This document shows positions 9,022 through 17,939 of a stretch of 64,000 bases of DNA, in pieces. The translations under genes and the position numbers were made by a program. Source of the stretch: Candidatus Latescibacterota bacterium (lineage in GTDB: Bacteria > Latescibacterota > UBA2968 > GCA-2709665). The first letter of the stretch is position 1; each line of letters starts with the position of its first letter. Below the pieces are notes generated by a model. It saw nothing but the letters and a program-made list of their open reading frames with translations. It did not search any database and was not told the origin of the DNA. The stretch covers positions 3,328,001-3,392,000 of the forward strand of contig OZ244744.1 of the NCBI GenBank assembly GCA_965219455.1, written 5' to 3'.

Positions 9022-10158
9022 TCAGGGGGACCCCTGGTCGTCGCTGGCTGTTTTCTCCCGCAGGGAAATCCGCTCGATCTGCGGTTGGATGTACGACATC
9101 ACGGCGGCGAACACGACCAGGCCCCACCCGATCGAGAGGATCAGGTGCCCCCCGACCAATGCCCTGGCGGCCACCGATACGGGGATAATATCCATGTAGT
9201 CCCTGGCCAGCGCCGTAAAGAAGGAAAATGACATCCAGTCGACGATACCGGACGCATTCCCGTCGCCCGTGAACGCATCCTGGCTGAAACGTCCCAGCAT
9301 GCCGTAGAAGCCGGCGAACAGGACAATTAGCGTCAGGTAGCCAATCGCAAAGCTTCCGATGGGGACCCACATCACCTTCAGGTATCCGGTGAGTTGCGCG
9401 TAAACGCGGAGCCGGGGCTGAATCCACACCGCGGCCGCCCGCCCTACCAGGAACGTGGCGATCGGTACGACAATCATACACACGATGATATATACAGTCG
9501 CGATCAGAACGGCGCTGATCGGAACGTCGTTTATGTGGACGGTCCGCCTCTCGAACTCCCCCGCTGCCAGTAATACGACAGAGGCCCACATCGCCAGGGA
9601 CCCGAGTATCAGCAAAACGGGGGGACGAAAAGTGCGCCTGGCGGCGATCTGTCCGTACGAGCCGGCAATAAGGGCGGTCGGCGCTATCACCATTAGTGAA
9701 GATATCAGCCCGTGGACACCGAGTCCGGGCAGCAGACCCAATCCGAGCAGGACGGACATCGTAAGGGACTCGAGGACGGCGCGCCGATATCCGCGCTGAG
9801 CCCCCGGAGAGATCCCGTCGACCAGACCGACGGCGAGCGCAACGACCGGCGGAACGATGAACAGTGTGCCATCCTGGGGTATGATGCCGGCAAGAAGCGC
9901 CGTGATAAGCCCGGCCACCGAACCGATCAGGATGCCGGTAGACAGACCGGCACGCTGTCCCACGCGGAGGCCCAGGCCGACGCCGAACGCGAGCCCGGAA
10001 CCCGCGCCCATAAGGACGTCCTTGTGTACGCCGGTGATCGCGTAGCCGAACGGCACGACAATGATCGAGACGCCTGCTGCTATCCGAATGCAGAGCCAGG
10101 CCAGGCGGCCAACGGTCCGAAGCGACAGCCGACTCTCGGGAAGTTCAAAAATTGGCAA
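9022..10158 (-). CDS. Polytopic membrane protein with C-terminal Ion_trans_2 (K-channel-like) domain
   Basis: Many TM helices. YLTLIVLFAGFYG...DWMSFSFFTALARDYMDIIPVSVAARAL follows the TM-pore helix-TM layout of two-TM channels. Confidence 0.65.
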   Translation of the reverse strand: MPIFELPESRLSLRTVGRLAWLCIRIAAGVSIIVVPFGYAITGVHKDVLMGAGSGLAFGVGLGLRVGQRAGLSTGILIGSVAGLITALLAGIIPQDGTLFIVPPVVALAVGLVDGISPGAQRGYRRAVLESLTMSVLLGLGLLPGLGVHGLISSLMVIAPTALIAGSYGQIAARRTFRPPVLLILGSLAMWASVVLLAAGEFERRTVHINDVPISAVLIATVYIIVCMIVVPIATFLVGRAAAVWIQPRLRVYAQLTGYLKVMWVPIGSFAIGYLTLIVLFAGFYGMLGRFSQDAFTGDGNASGIVDWMSFSFFTALARDYMDIIPVSVAARALVGGHLILSIGWGLVVFAAVMSYIQPQIERISLREKTASDDQGSP

Positions 10159-10282
10159 TGCCGATATCTCCTGAATTGCCGGCTTCTTATTTTCTACCCC
10201 GAAAATTTCTCACCATTCATCCCGTCTCGCTACGTCACATTCCTTGGCCGTGCTTCACCACCCCCAAACGTCCCCTATTCCC

Positions 10283-10454
10283 TTGCCCTTTTTCTTGCTT
10301 CGCCCAAGAAAAAGGGCGAAAAAGAAGGGCGCCGCTCGGCGCGGGGCCGGTTTTTCCGTGAATCACTTCAGAGGCACAAATGGGAATTCGGTGCCCTTCG
10401 AGCCCCTGAAGTGTACCAATACAACGGTGCTGGACGGATTGACACGGAAAAACC
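10283..10454. repeat. Structured intergenic palindromic element with purine mirror repeat
   Basis: Hairpin gccctttttcttg/caagaaaaagggc followed by aaaaagaa. Nested stems ggtttttccgtg (10349-60)/cacggaaaaacc (10443-54) and acttcag/ctgaagt. Confidence 0.7.
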
Positions 10455-10632
10455 CCCCACACCACCAGTTCCACGTGAAGTAATCCGGCAAGGCCCGCCG
10501 CATGGTTTCGCGGTTTTGGCTAACACAGAACACTGATTGCTGTCTTTACCTTTGTGTCTTCGCGTCTCCGTGTGAGCCGTATCTCGTCGTTGCCGACGTC
10601 CGAATACGGGGTGTGATTTTATCTCGCTTTCT

Positions 10633-12228
10633 TCATGAACCGAATGCGCTGGCAAAAGCGATGAAGTCCGCGAAGTTGACGTGGCCGTTGCCGTCCAGAT
10701 CGAATTTTTCGTCGAACGAATCGGACCCGGACGTCGAACCGAAATTGCGCGCAAATGCGATGAAATCCTGGAAATCCACCTGCCTGTCGCCGTTGAAGTC
10801 CGAGGACTTGAGCTCGGGGGGGCCGTCAAGGACTGCCCTGGTGTGGAGGATGTGCGGAATTTCCAGCCCGGGTCCGTCGAGGCGGTTGAACAGCGCCCAG
10901 TAAATATCCCAGATCCGTGGATCCCACCGGCACAGTTCGATCCAACCCCGGATTATCGTTGCGTCTCCGTCCCGCCCGTCCACGCGGGCGCCGATCTTCG
11001 GATTCGGGAGCGAACCGTTCCACATCTGATCCGTAAGCGTCCGCGCAAACCTGAGCATGTCCGCCCGCGTGAAGACCACGCCCCGCCGGTAGGCCTCGAC
11101 GGCGAATTCCACGTCGATATGCCCGTGGCTCGTATCCTCCGTGCGGCTCTGGTCGGGCCTGCCCGCCTCGACCCAGTCCCAGTAGGCCCAGGTATACGCA
11201 CCCCCGGTTTCCTTCAGCGAGTTCTTGAAAAACGAGGCCATCTGGTTGGCGCGCTCTTTGAACAAAGGATGGTCCGACACGTCTTTCAGTACCAGGAAGA
11301 CCCGGCCGAGCGCGAGGTACTGGTTGTGCGGGAGGATCCGGTTGGGAAATCGTTCGGCCGATGATTCGGTGAACCGGTAGGCTCCCATACCAGGCGCCAT
11401 CTGCACCCAGTAACGCTCCTGCTTTCTCAGAACGTGCTCCTCGATCAGACTGAGGTAGGACCGCGCTTTTTCCTCGTAGCGCCCCTTCAGGCTCTCGTTC
11501 CGCAGGGCCAGTTCGATAAACTGCGCGATGGGGTACAGGATCATCCCCTCGTGCACGGCGTATTCCAGGGGGCGCACCGCCCACGTCTCCACCCGGAACT
11601 TGTCTCCGATCTCCGGAACCCTGTCCAGGCGCAATTTGAACCCCGCGATGCCGGGGATATCCTGGCCCAGAGAATACGGTCCGTCGTAGACCACCTCCGG
11701 GCCGGTGAGGTTCCGCACCACGTACCGATCGGGTCCGATCCGTTCGAAGATGTACTCCGCGTCGATCGCTTCATGAGCCTGCTCTATATTCGTGACCGTG
11801 GCCTCTTCGGGTCTGATCGACGCCGTCCCCCGGTTGTGCAGCGCCCGGGCCCGCATCCGGGACACGGAATACCGGTCCGTGTGCCACCCGGGGATACCGT
11901 CGCCGTCGTGGTCGCTTATATTGGCGACCATCCGGTCGAAGTGGTCCACGACCTTGTCCAGCCACCGAGTATACCGGGTCACCCGGTACATCTTGACGTA
12001 GGCGTTCAGGTAGTAACTCTCGCCCCACGCCAGCGTGGCGGAACTCGCACTCTCGGAATATGCCTTTCCCGCGTTTCGAGAGACGTCGAAGCCCACGAAT
12101 CGCTTTGCCAGGGTCTCCGGATCGAAGCCTGCGGTCTGTGCCCGCGTTTCCCGACCTGCGAATAGCGCCAGGAAGCCAATCGCTGCGAGAAAGGCGGATC
12201 CAACGCGACGATTCATCTCCATTCTCAT
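10633..12228 (-). CDS. Secreted six-hairpin glycosidase-like (alpha/alpha) protein with C-terminal dockerin/EF-hand-like pair
   Basis: Signal-peptide-like N-terminus. C-terminus DFNGDRQVDFQDFIAFARNFG...FDLDGNGHVNFADFIAFASAFGS. Confidence 0.7.
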   Translation of the reverse strand: MRMEMNRRVGSAFLAAIGFLALFAGRETRAQTAGFDPETLAKRFVGFDVSRNAGKAYSESASSATLAWGESYYLNAYVKMYRVTRYTRWLDKVVDHFDRMVANISDHDGDGIPGWHTDRYSVSRMRARALHNRGTASIRPEEATVTNIEQAHEAIDAEYIFERIGPDRYVVRNLTGPEVVYDGPYSLGQDIPGIAGFKLRLDRVPEIGDKFRVETWAVRPLEYAVHEGMILYPIAQFIELALRNESLKGRYEEKARSYLSLIEEHVLRKQERYWVQMAPGMGAYRFTESSAERFPNRILPHNQYLALGRVFLVLKDVSDHPLFKERANQMASFFKNSLKETGGAYTWAYWDWVEAGRPDQSRTEDTSHGHIDVEFAVEAYRRGVVFTRADMLRFARTLTDQMWNGSLPNPKIGARVDGRDGDATIIRGWIELCRWDPRIWDIYWALFNRLDGPGLEIPHILHTRAVLDGPPELKSSDFNGDRQVDFQDFIAFARNFGSTSGSDSFDEKFDLDGNGHVNFADFIAFASAFGS

Positions 12229-12291
12229 CGGTTACCCGTAAGAAAACCTCCCGAGACGGCAACTTGCCGGGGAAGCGGGATCCGTCCCTAA

Positions 12292-12407
12292 CAGTCCGTT
12301 GAAAAAGTCGCTCTGCAGGCGAGGCCGAGTCATTGTGGCCGAAGACAAGCTGCCTGCCTGTGCATACGCACAGGCAGGCAGCCCGGATGGACTTTTTCAA
12401 CGGGCTG
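12292..12407. mobile_element. MITE-like element (family A) with internal REP-like palindrome
   Basis: TIRs cagtccgttgaaaaagtc / gactttttcaacgggctg (17 of 18 match). Internal perfect 15-bp stem gctgcctgcctgtgc-atac-gcacaggcaggcagc (12349-12382). Confidence 0.75.
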
Positions 12408-12466
12408 ATAAGGGCCACAAAGGACAACAACGCCGATTTGTATCTCTGGCACACAGTCGTCACCCT

Positions 12467-12561
12467 CAGTGTTCTGACCCGGAAACAGGTGGTTTAAATT
12501 CGGCCGTCGAGTCGGGATGAATCGGTGGCCGAACGGTGAGATATTTTTGGGACAGGACAGC
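12467..12561. mobile_element. MITE family B, internally deleted copy
   Basis: Both ends align with the reverse complement of 25116-25283 (cagtgttctg.ccc.gaaa.ag...taaattcggccg.cgag and gatgaa.cgg.gg..gaa.ggtga.atattt.tgggac.ggaca). Confidence 0.75.
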
Positions 12562-12584
12562 TCAAGCTGAACATGACAAGGCTC

Positions 12585-12917
12585 TCAACGATGCGCCGGC
12601 ACTTCTTCAGCGGCCACACGCGGATGAACGTTGATCTGCACGTCTACCTGCTGGCCGAGCTTATTGAGCACGCTCATCAGACGGTCAATGGTGAAGCGGT
12701 CAAGCTGAACGTTGCGAATGCGAGTAAAGTCCGCATGGTTTACACCGGTGCGGCTCTCGGCCTTGCGCGTCGAAAGCCCTTCGTCGTCAAGAATGCCGAT
12801 GATGCGGGCGGCCAGAAGTGCCCTGGTCTGCTGTACGTCGGCGTCAGCGCGGCCGAAGTCGCGGAAGACATTGCCGCTACCATGCACCAACTCAAAATCG
12901 TCTTCTGTTTTACTCAT
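12585..12917 (-). CDS. HigA-like XRE/HTH antitoxin
   Basis: MSKTEDDFELVHGSGNVFRDFG... with HTH and RFTIDRL motifs. ATG at 12917 overlaps the native toxin stop (ATGA). Confidence 0.85.
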   Translation of the reverse strand: MSKTEDDFELVHGSGNVFRDFGRADADVQQTRALLAARIIGILDDEGLSTRKAESRTGVNHADFTRIRNVQLDRFTIDRLMSVLNKLGQQVDVQINVHPRVAAEEVPAHR

Positions 12918-13271
12918 TGCTGTAACTCCTTCTTCAATCGCTTTAGCCGCTCGCGGATCAGATCGATATCCTTCTTTGGGGTCTTGATGCCCTGTCTCGC
13001 CTTTTTCTTGAAGGCGTGCAACCCATACCCGCTCCTCAAGTTGCAGAGCGTAGACTGCCCGATACGCATCGGTGCGGTGCTTGAGTGCCACCTCAAATAT
13101 GCCGGAGCCGAAACCGAAACCCTTCATAGGCTTGGCGATGTCGGCCTTACGGCCTTCGTCCGCGACCGTCAGCGCCCGCATGATCGCGTTCTGCGGCCCT
13201 TGGGCAAAGCTGTCGAAAGCTTTGCGGGCCGCCCTGATCCAAGAGATCGGCCGGGTATCTCTGCTTCTCAT
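12914..13271 (-). pseudogene. HigB/RelE (Gp49-like) toxin, frameshifted near 13022
   Basis: N-part ...YRAVYALQLEERVWV lies in one frame and C-part LHAFKKKARQGIKTPKKDIDLIRERLK in another. The total of 358 nt is not a multiple of 3. Confidence 0.85.
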
Positions 13272-13697
13272 GGGATATGATGGCAAATATAACACCAAGC
13301 GTCAAGGGGAACAAATCTTCCCGTTAACGTGCACTACGAATTCGGGGTGGGTCTTGGTCCGGATGGTGGTGGCGCCGCATTGGAACGTTTGCGACGTATT
13401 GAGTTAGCGACTTTATATTATTGACGCAACAGGATGATGCTGTCATGCTGTGCATTTGGGACATGTATAAAGTGTTGTACCGAATACACTTAAATCATAC
13501 AATAGAATTAAACGCCGCATTTTGGTCCACGAAATATCGGTGATGCACACCGTGTGTTGGCCCAGAAACAGATTTACATAATCGTTCGATTTTGTGAAGG
13601 ATGGCAGGACGGCCGTCAACCCGGGCGGGTGGTGTAGGGATGGCCGCCGAAGTGGGTCACGGCCAAGTCGAGAAACGAGACAGTGTGTTAAATTCCT

Positions 13698-13734
13698 ACA
13701 CGTCTTTCAGCACCAGGTAAACGCGGCCGAGCGC
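13698..13734 (-). repeat. 37-bp diverged direct-repeat copy of 11277-11313
   Basis: acacgtctttcagcaccaggtaaacgcggccgagcgc vs acacgtctttcagtaccaggaagacccggccgagcgc (33 of 37 match). Confidence 0.85.
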
Positions 13735-13766
13735 CTTGAACTTTTGAAACACGGGCAGGCGCTCCG

Positions 13767-16229
13767 TCAACCTCCGTACTGAAAACGAATTTCGCGGTCC
13801 TCGCTCTTGCCGCTGACAAGGTCCTCTATTTTTACCTCGAGGACATTCACCCCGTGTTTGACCTTTCCCAGATCGATCTCCAGGTAACCCTGTTCGTTCG
13901 GGTCGATCCCCTCGTGTTCGTACGAAATCGAGACCTGGGGTCTCTTGCTTCTGAAAAGCGAGCGGAGACCGGACGCGACCGATCCGAGCGCCCCATGGAT
14001 GGGTTTCGAAACGTAACGCACAACGTACTTTACCTTGTAACGCGTCTGGCCGAATCGATCTTTCTTTAGATTGTAGATCTCGTAATAGGCGTATACCTGC
14101 TGGGCCCCCCGGTAGTTCCGGGTTGGCATGGGTACGACCCACACGTCTCCTTTCTTGAAACGATCTTGCACTTTCGTTTCGCCGATTGAGGCAGCAAGTT
14201 GAATATCGCTGATACGAAGCCGGTCTTCGGGATATTCCTCCACCTCCACCGACTGCCTGTATATACCGGTGTGCCCGGAAATCAGATCCTTGATCTGGAC
14301 CTGAAGGTCGTATTTTCCGGGTGGAACCTGGAGTTTGAGCAACTCCGGCATGAATGCTTTCTGCGATCCTCTGTAATCGCTCGCGACGCGATAGGCGCGG
14401 CTTGATGCCGTACGATGGATAATGCTGTAATCCACGGGGGCCAGTGCCAGTGCGCACTTGACTTGAATATACGACACATTGCGTCTGTACCCGACTTTCA
14501 CCTGTGCGGCCGGTATCCCATAGTAGACCTCCAGTGTGGTCTGGCCCTCCGTCGCCCGGAAACTGGCCAAGTCGAAGTAAAAGTCCAGCGGGGGATGGTG
14601 AAACCTGGGACGGTAGACATCGGGCATGCGGGCAACCGCGTTGCGAAAAACAACGCCCGGGGCGTACTCGGTGAATCGGGAGAGCCGGGAAAGGTCCGTA
14701 TCCAGAGACGGAGGAGGGATGGGCGCGAAGTCGAACGCTCCGGTGCCCGTTTCGTCCGTAAACGTGATTTCCATGCCGTTTCCGATACGCGTGTACGTCC
14801 AGGTTTCCCAGGGCACGGTTCCGCCCTCGTTGTCCAGTGTGATCGGGGCGTACCCGCCGAAATTGAGCCGTGTATTCAGATTCCCGAACCCGTCGAAGCG
14901 GCTGCCTTCGCGAAGTGTCTCGAGTGGGTCCGTTTCGCCCTCCGCCAGCGCCGAAACCTGGGAGGCGTCGACTTCGAGTTCGTCGTCAGCCGTTGTCGAG
15001 CCGGATACATCCTGCGTCTCCTCCCTGTCGAAGAGCGTGGCCGCCAGGTGACTGCGATTCGCTCGTACCGGAAACACGGGGCCGGTAAAGGTCAGGAGGG
15101 CGGCCTCGTCGCCGTAGAGGGCGACTGCCATCCTGTCTCGTACGGCCTGAACCTTTGGATTCTGCACAAATTGCCTGTGCGTGGACCGGGATCGGTAATC
15201 GGGCTCCCCGTAACGTATATAAACCTCCCCTCGCCTGTCCCACGGGTGGGCGCCGATGGCGAAGAAAGTCCGGGCGTACCAGACGCGGCGGTAGTGCTCG
15301 ATTATCCTCTCGTTAATCGCGGTCAGGATATCGGAATCTCTTTTCAACCAGAACCTCTTCAGGTAGGCCGCCTGTTCCTCGCCGGTGGCGGCCCGGTATT
15401 CCTGGAGTTCCTCTTGCGAGGCAATCAGGGAGATGTCGGAATATAGACCGCGCTCCGCGTGGTCCAGCGTCTGCAGGTATCGCTCGAAGCGTTCCATCGC
15501 CCGTCCGAAACGTTCCAGGAAGAAATGCGCCTGCGCGGCCAGTGGAAGCAGTTGGGTCTCAGACGGGTGCTTCTCGACAAAGGGGGTGATATAGGTGTCG
15601 ATTTTCTCGTACTGCCCGAGTTGAATACACGAAAGCCCGAATTCGTAGCGTCCATCGGGGTTATCGGGTTCCAACTCGATGTACGTCATATAGTAGCCCA
15701 TGGCCTTTTCGTGGTCTTCTTCAAATCGTCCGTAGGCCTCCCCCAGGAGCCGGTAGGCCGGCCCGTAAGCGGCGTTGATCTCGATGGCGGATCTGGCTTT
15801 GCCGACGGCCTGGCGAAAGTTGAAAAACGCTTCCATTCCCCTTCCCGAGTTCCTTAATCTGGCCAGCCCGAGCCCCACGTAGGTGTCCGGACGGTCGGGA
15901 TCGAGTTTACTGGCCGATTCGAAAGAATTTATGGCGGATTCGAAATCTCCCGTTTTCAATAGGGCGTTCCCCTGCCGGGTCAGGAGGTCGGCGTCGTCCG
16001 GAAATGCTTCGACAAGCCGACCCAGAATTTCGGCCGCCTCTTGATAAGCACCGGAACGCAACTGTTGTTCGGCCGTTGAAACCAGGGAATCTCGATCGGC
16101 CGGGTTAACGGTGGGACCTGCCTGCTCCCTCGCGGGCGATTCCGACACCACCGATAGCGCCAGAAGCCACATCAGGAAACACAGGCGGACCGGACGGTAT
16201 GGGCTGCGGCGATAGATGTCGTTTTTCAT
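13767..16229 (-). CDS. GWxTD-domain protein with N-terminal TPR repeats, secreted
   Basis: Signal peptide, TPRs, RFWLKRD..INERIIEHYRRVWYAR..F....WDRRGEVYIRYGEPD, WETWTY and Ig-like C-terminal domains. ATG at 16229 with GGAGG RBS. Confidence 0.85.
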   Translation of the reverse strand: MKNDIYRRSPYRPVRLCFLMWLLALSVVSESPAREQAGPTVNPADRDSLVSTAEQQLRSGAYQEAAEILGRLVEAFPDDADLLTRQGNALLKTGDFESAINSFESASKLDPDRPDTYVGLGLARLRNSGRGMEAFFNFRQAVGKARSAIEINAAYGPAYRLLGEAYGRFEEDHEKAMGYYMTYIELEPDNPDGRYEFGLSCIQLGQYEKIDTYITPFVEKHPSETQLLPLAAQAHFFLERFGRAMERFERYLQTLDHAERGLYSDISLIASQEELQEYRAATGEEQAAYLKRFWLKRDSDILTAINERIIEHYRRVWYARTFFAIGAHPWDRRGEVYIRYGEPDYRSRSTHRQFVQNPKVQAVRDRMAVALYGDEAALLTFTGPVFPVRANRSHLAATLFDREETQDVSGSTTADDELEVDASQVSALAEGETDPLETLREGSRFDGFGNLNTRLNFGGYAPITLDNEGGTVPWETWTYTRIGNGMEITFTDETGTGAFDFAPIPPPSLDTDLSRLSRFTEYAPGVVFRNAVARMPDVYRPRFHHPPLDFYFDLASFRATEGQTTLEVYYGIPAAQVKVGYRRNVSYIQVKCALALAPVDYSIIHRTASSRAYRVASDYRGSQKAFMPELLKLQVPPGKYDLQVQIKDLISGHTGIYRQSVEVEEYPEDRLRISDIQLAASIGETKVQDRFKKGDVWVVPMPTRNYRGAQQVYAYYEIYNLKKDRFGQTRYKVKYVVRYVSKPIHGALGSVASGLRSLFRSKRPQVSISYEHEGIDPNEQGYLEIDLGKVKHGVNVLEVKIEDLVSGKSEDREIRFQYGG

Positions 16230-16682
16230 AGTTTTCCTCCGGGAACCGGTCATCCGTTCGTTTGCGCATCGCTTCAGCCGCACGGGAGATTTCATGGAAA
16301 ACTAACCAACCCGCCACCTCCGGTCAAGAATCAGCGGCCGCCCGAAAGGGCGGCGGTCTTCTGGCGGGTCAGCATGCAGCCAGAGTGTTTTGAGCCAGTC
16401 GAAACACGCAACACCCGGTGACGCGCTCGCGATTTTGCCCAAGGGGTCGAGAACCATGGTCCATCGACCCTGTGTCTCGACGGCAATGGCTACGGTGCTT
16501 TCAGCGCGATCCACAACCCTGTAAGGATCATTTATAACACTAACTTTGGGCCGCAAACGCCGCATGTCAAGCAAAAAGCTATCCCACGGACTCCGGTTGC
16601 GAAATTCCTTGACCTTCGCCGCTGTCCAAGCTATTTAATGGCACTGCGGTCAACCCGACGACTCCCGGCGAAGGAGCCCTGC

Positions 16683-17744
16683 ATGCGCATCGACGAATTG
16701 GACACGCCTGTCCTTGTCATCAATCTGGACGCCCTGGAAGAAAACCTGGATCGATACCACGGCTATTTCAGAGAACACGGCATCGGCTTCCGTCCTCATA
16801 TCAAGACCCACAAGACCCTTGCCGTCGCCCAACTGCAGTTGAAATATGGCGCCATCGGCCTTACGTGTCAGAAGCTCGGCGAAGCCGAAGTCCTGGCAGC
16901 GGGTGGCATCCACACCGACCTGCTTGTTCCATACAATATTCTGGGCAGACAGAAGCTGGACCGGCTGACGGCCCTGGTGAAACGACTGCCGATTACCGTT
17001 GCACCGGACTCTGAATTCACCGTGCGGGGACTCTCCGGAGCGGCCGACCCTGAGGGCGTTTCCATCGGCATTCTGATCGAAGTCGAAATGGGATTTGAAC
17101 GCACGGGCGTTCCCACTCCCCGTCAGGCCACGGAACTGGCGAAACTCGTCCACGACCTCCCCGGTCTGGAACTCCGGGGATTCATGGGTTTTCCCACGCC
17201 ACCCGAATCAAGACCGCTCATTCAGGAGACCATAGACCTGTTCGACAGGGCCGGCCTGCCCCGCGCCGTCGTAAGCGGCGGTGGAACGCCCCACGCCATG
17301 GAGGCGCACAAAATCCCTGAACTCACGGAGTACCGCGCGGGCGAATACACCGTGGGCGGCGCCATGCACCTGGCCGACGGCCGCCACACCCTGGCGCAGT
17401 GCGCGCTCCGCGTGATCACGACCGTTGTGAGCAGGCCCACCGAAGACCGTATGTTCCTGGACGCCGGAAGCAAAGCGCTGAGCGCGTCTATCTACAAGAC
17501 GGACCGGGGCGACTGCATGGGTCATATTGTCGAATACCCGGATGCCCTGATCGGAATCGCCTCCGAGGAGCACGGCCACGTGGACATATCCGGATGCGCG
17601 GTCAAACCGGAAATCGGCGAGCGCGTGCAGGTGCTTCCGGTTCACCCCTGTCCCTGCGTCAACGAACACGACGAAATGGTTGCCACGCGAAACGGAAAGG
17701 TCGAAGCGACCTGGCCGGTACATGCGCGCGGAAAAATCCGCTGA
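16683..17744 (+). CDS. Fold-type III PLP enzyme, D-threonine aldolase/DSD1 family
   Basis: LDTP, RPHIKTHK (PLP Lys), DAGSKALS, SEEHG and PVHPCPCVN. Confidence 0.9.
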   Translation: MRIDELDTPVLVINLDALEENLDRYHGYFREHGIGFRPHIKTHKTLAVAQLQLKYGAIGLTCQKLGEAEVLAAGGIHTDLLVPYNILGRQKLDRLTALVKRLPITVAPDSEFTVRGLSGAADPEGVSIGILIEVEMGFERTGVPTPRQATELAKLVHDLPGLELRGFMGFPTPPESRPLIQETIDLFDRAGLPRAVVSGGGTPHAMEAHKIPELTEYRAGEYTVGGAMHLADGRHTLAQCALRVITTVVSRPTEDRMFLDAGSKALSASIYKTDRGDCMGHIVEYPDALIGIASEEHGHVDISGCAVKPEIGERVQVLPVHPCPCVNEHDEMVATRNGKVEATWPVHARGKIR

Positions 17745-17859
17745 TCAGGCTTTGCCTCTACGCCACTTTTTTGGAAGAGGCTAAAGATTGGAGCGGAACG
17801 AAATCGTCCGCCGAATCCCCTCGACGTCCGTTGCTTCAAAGGGGGCATACGGATGATGC

Positions 17860-17907
17860 TTGAACTGCGGAGAATGATCACGTATAATGAGATCATTTTG
17901 CCATCAT
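17860..17907 (+). promoter_or_regulatory. Sigma70 promoter overlapped by ATGAT/ATCAT operator palindromes (TA autoregulation)
   Basis: TTGAAC (17860-65), 17-bp spacer, TATAAT (17883-88). atgatc/gatcat flank the -10 box; a second atgatg/catcat pair lies outside. Confidence 0.7.
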
Positions 17908-17939
17908 ATATTGATTGTATTTCAAGAAGGGAGTGCGCC

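Noticed and set aside
11277-13734. The 37-bp repeat pair as a DGR TR/VR or CRISPR spacer/protospacer
   Set aside because: No reverse transcriptase, mismatches are not adenine-specific, and there are no flanking CRISPR repeats or cas genes.
16302-16574. 90-aa minus-strand ORF upstream of the GWxTD gene
   Set aside because: No RBS or protein-like motifs; the region is better explained as a promoter or leader.
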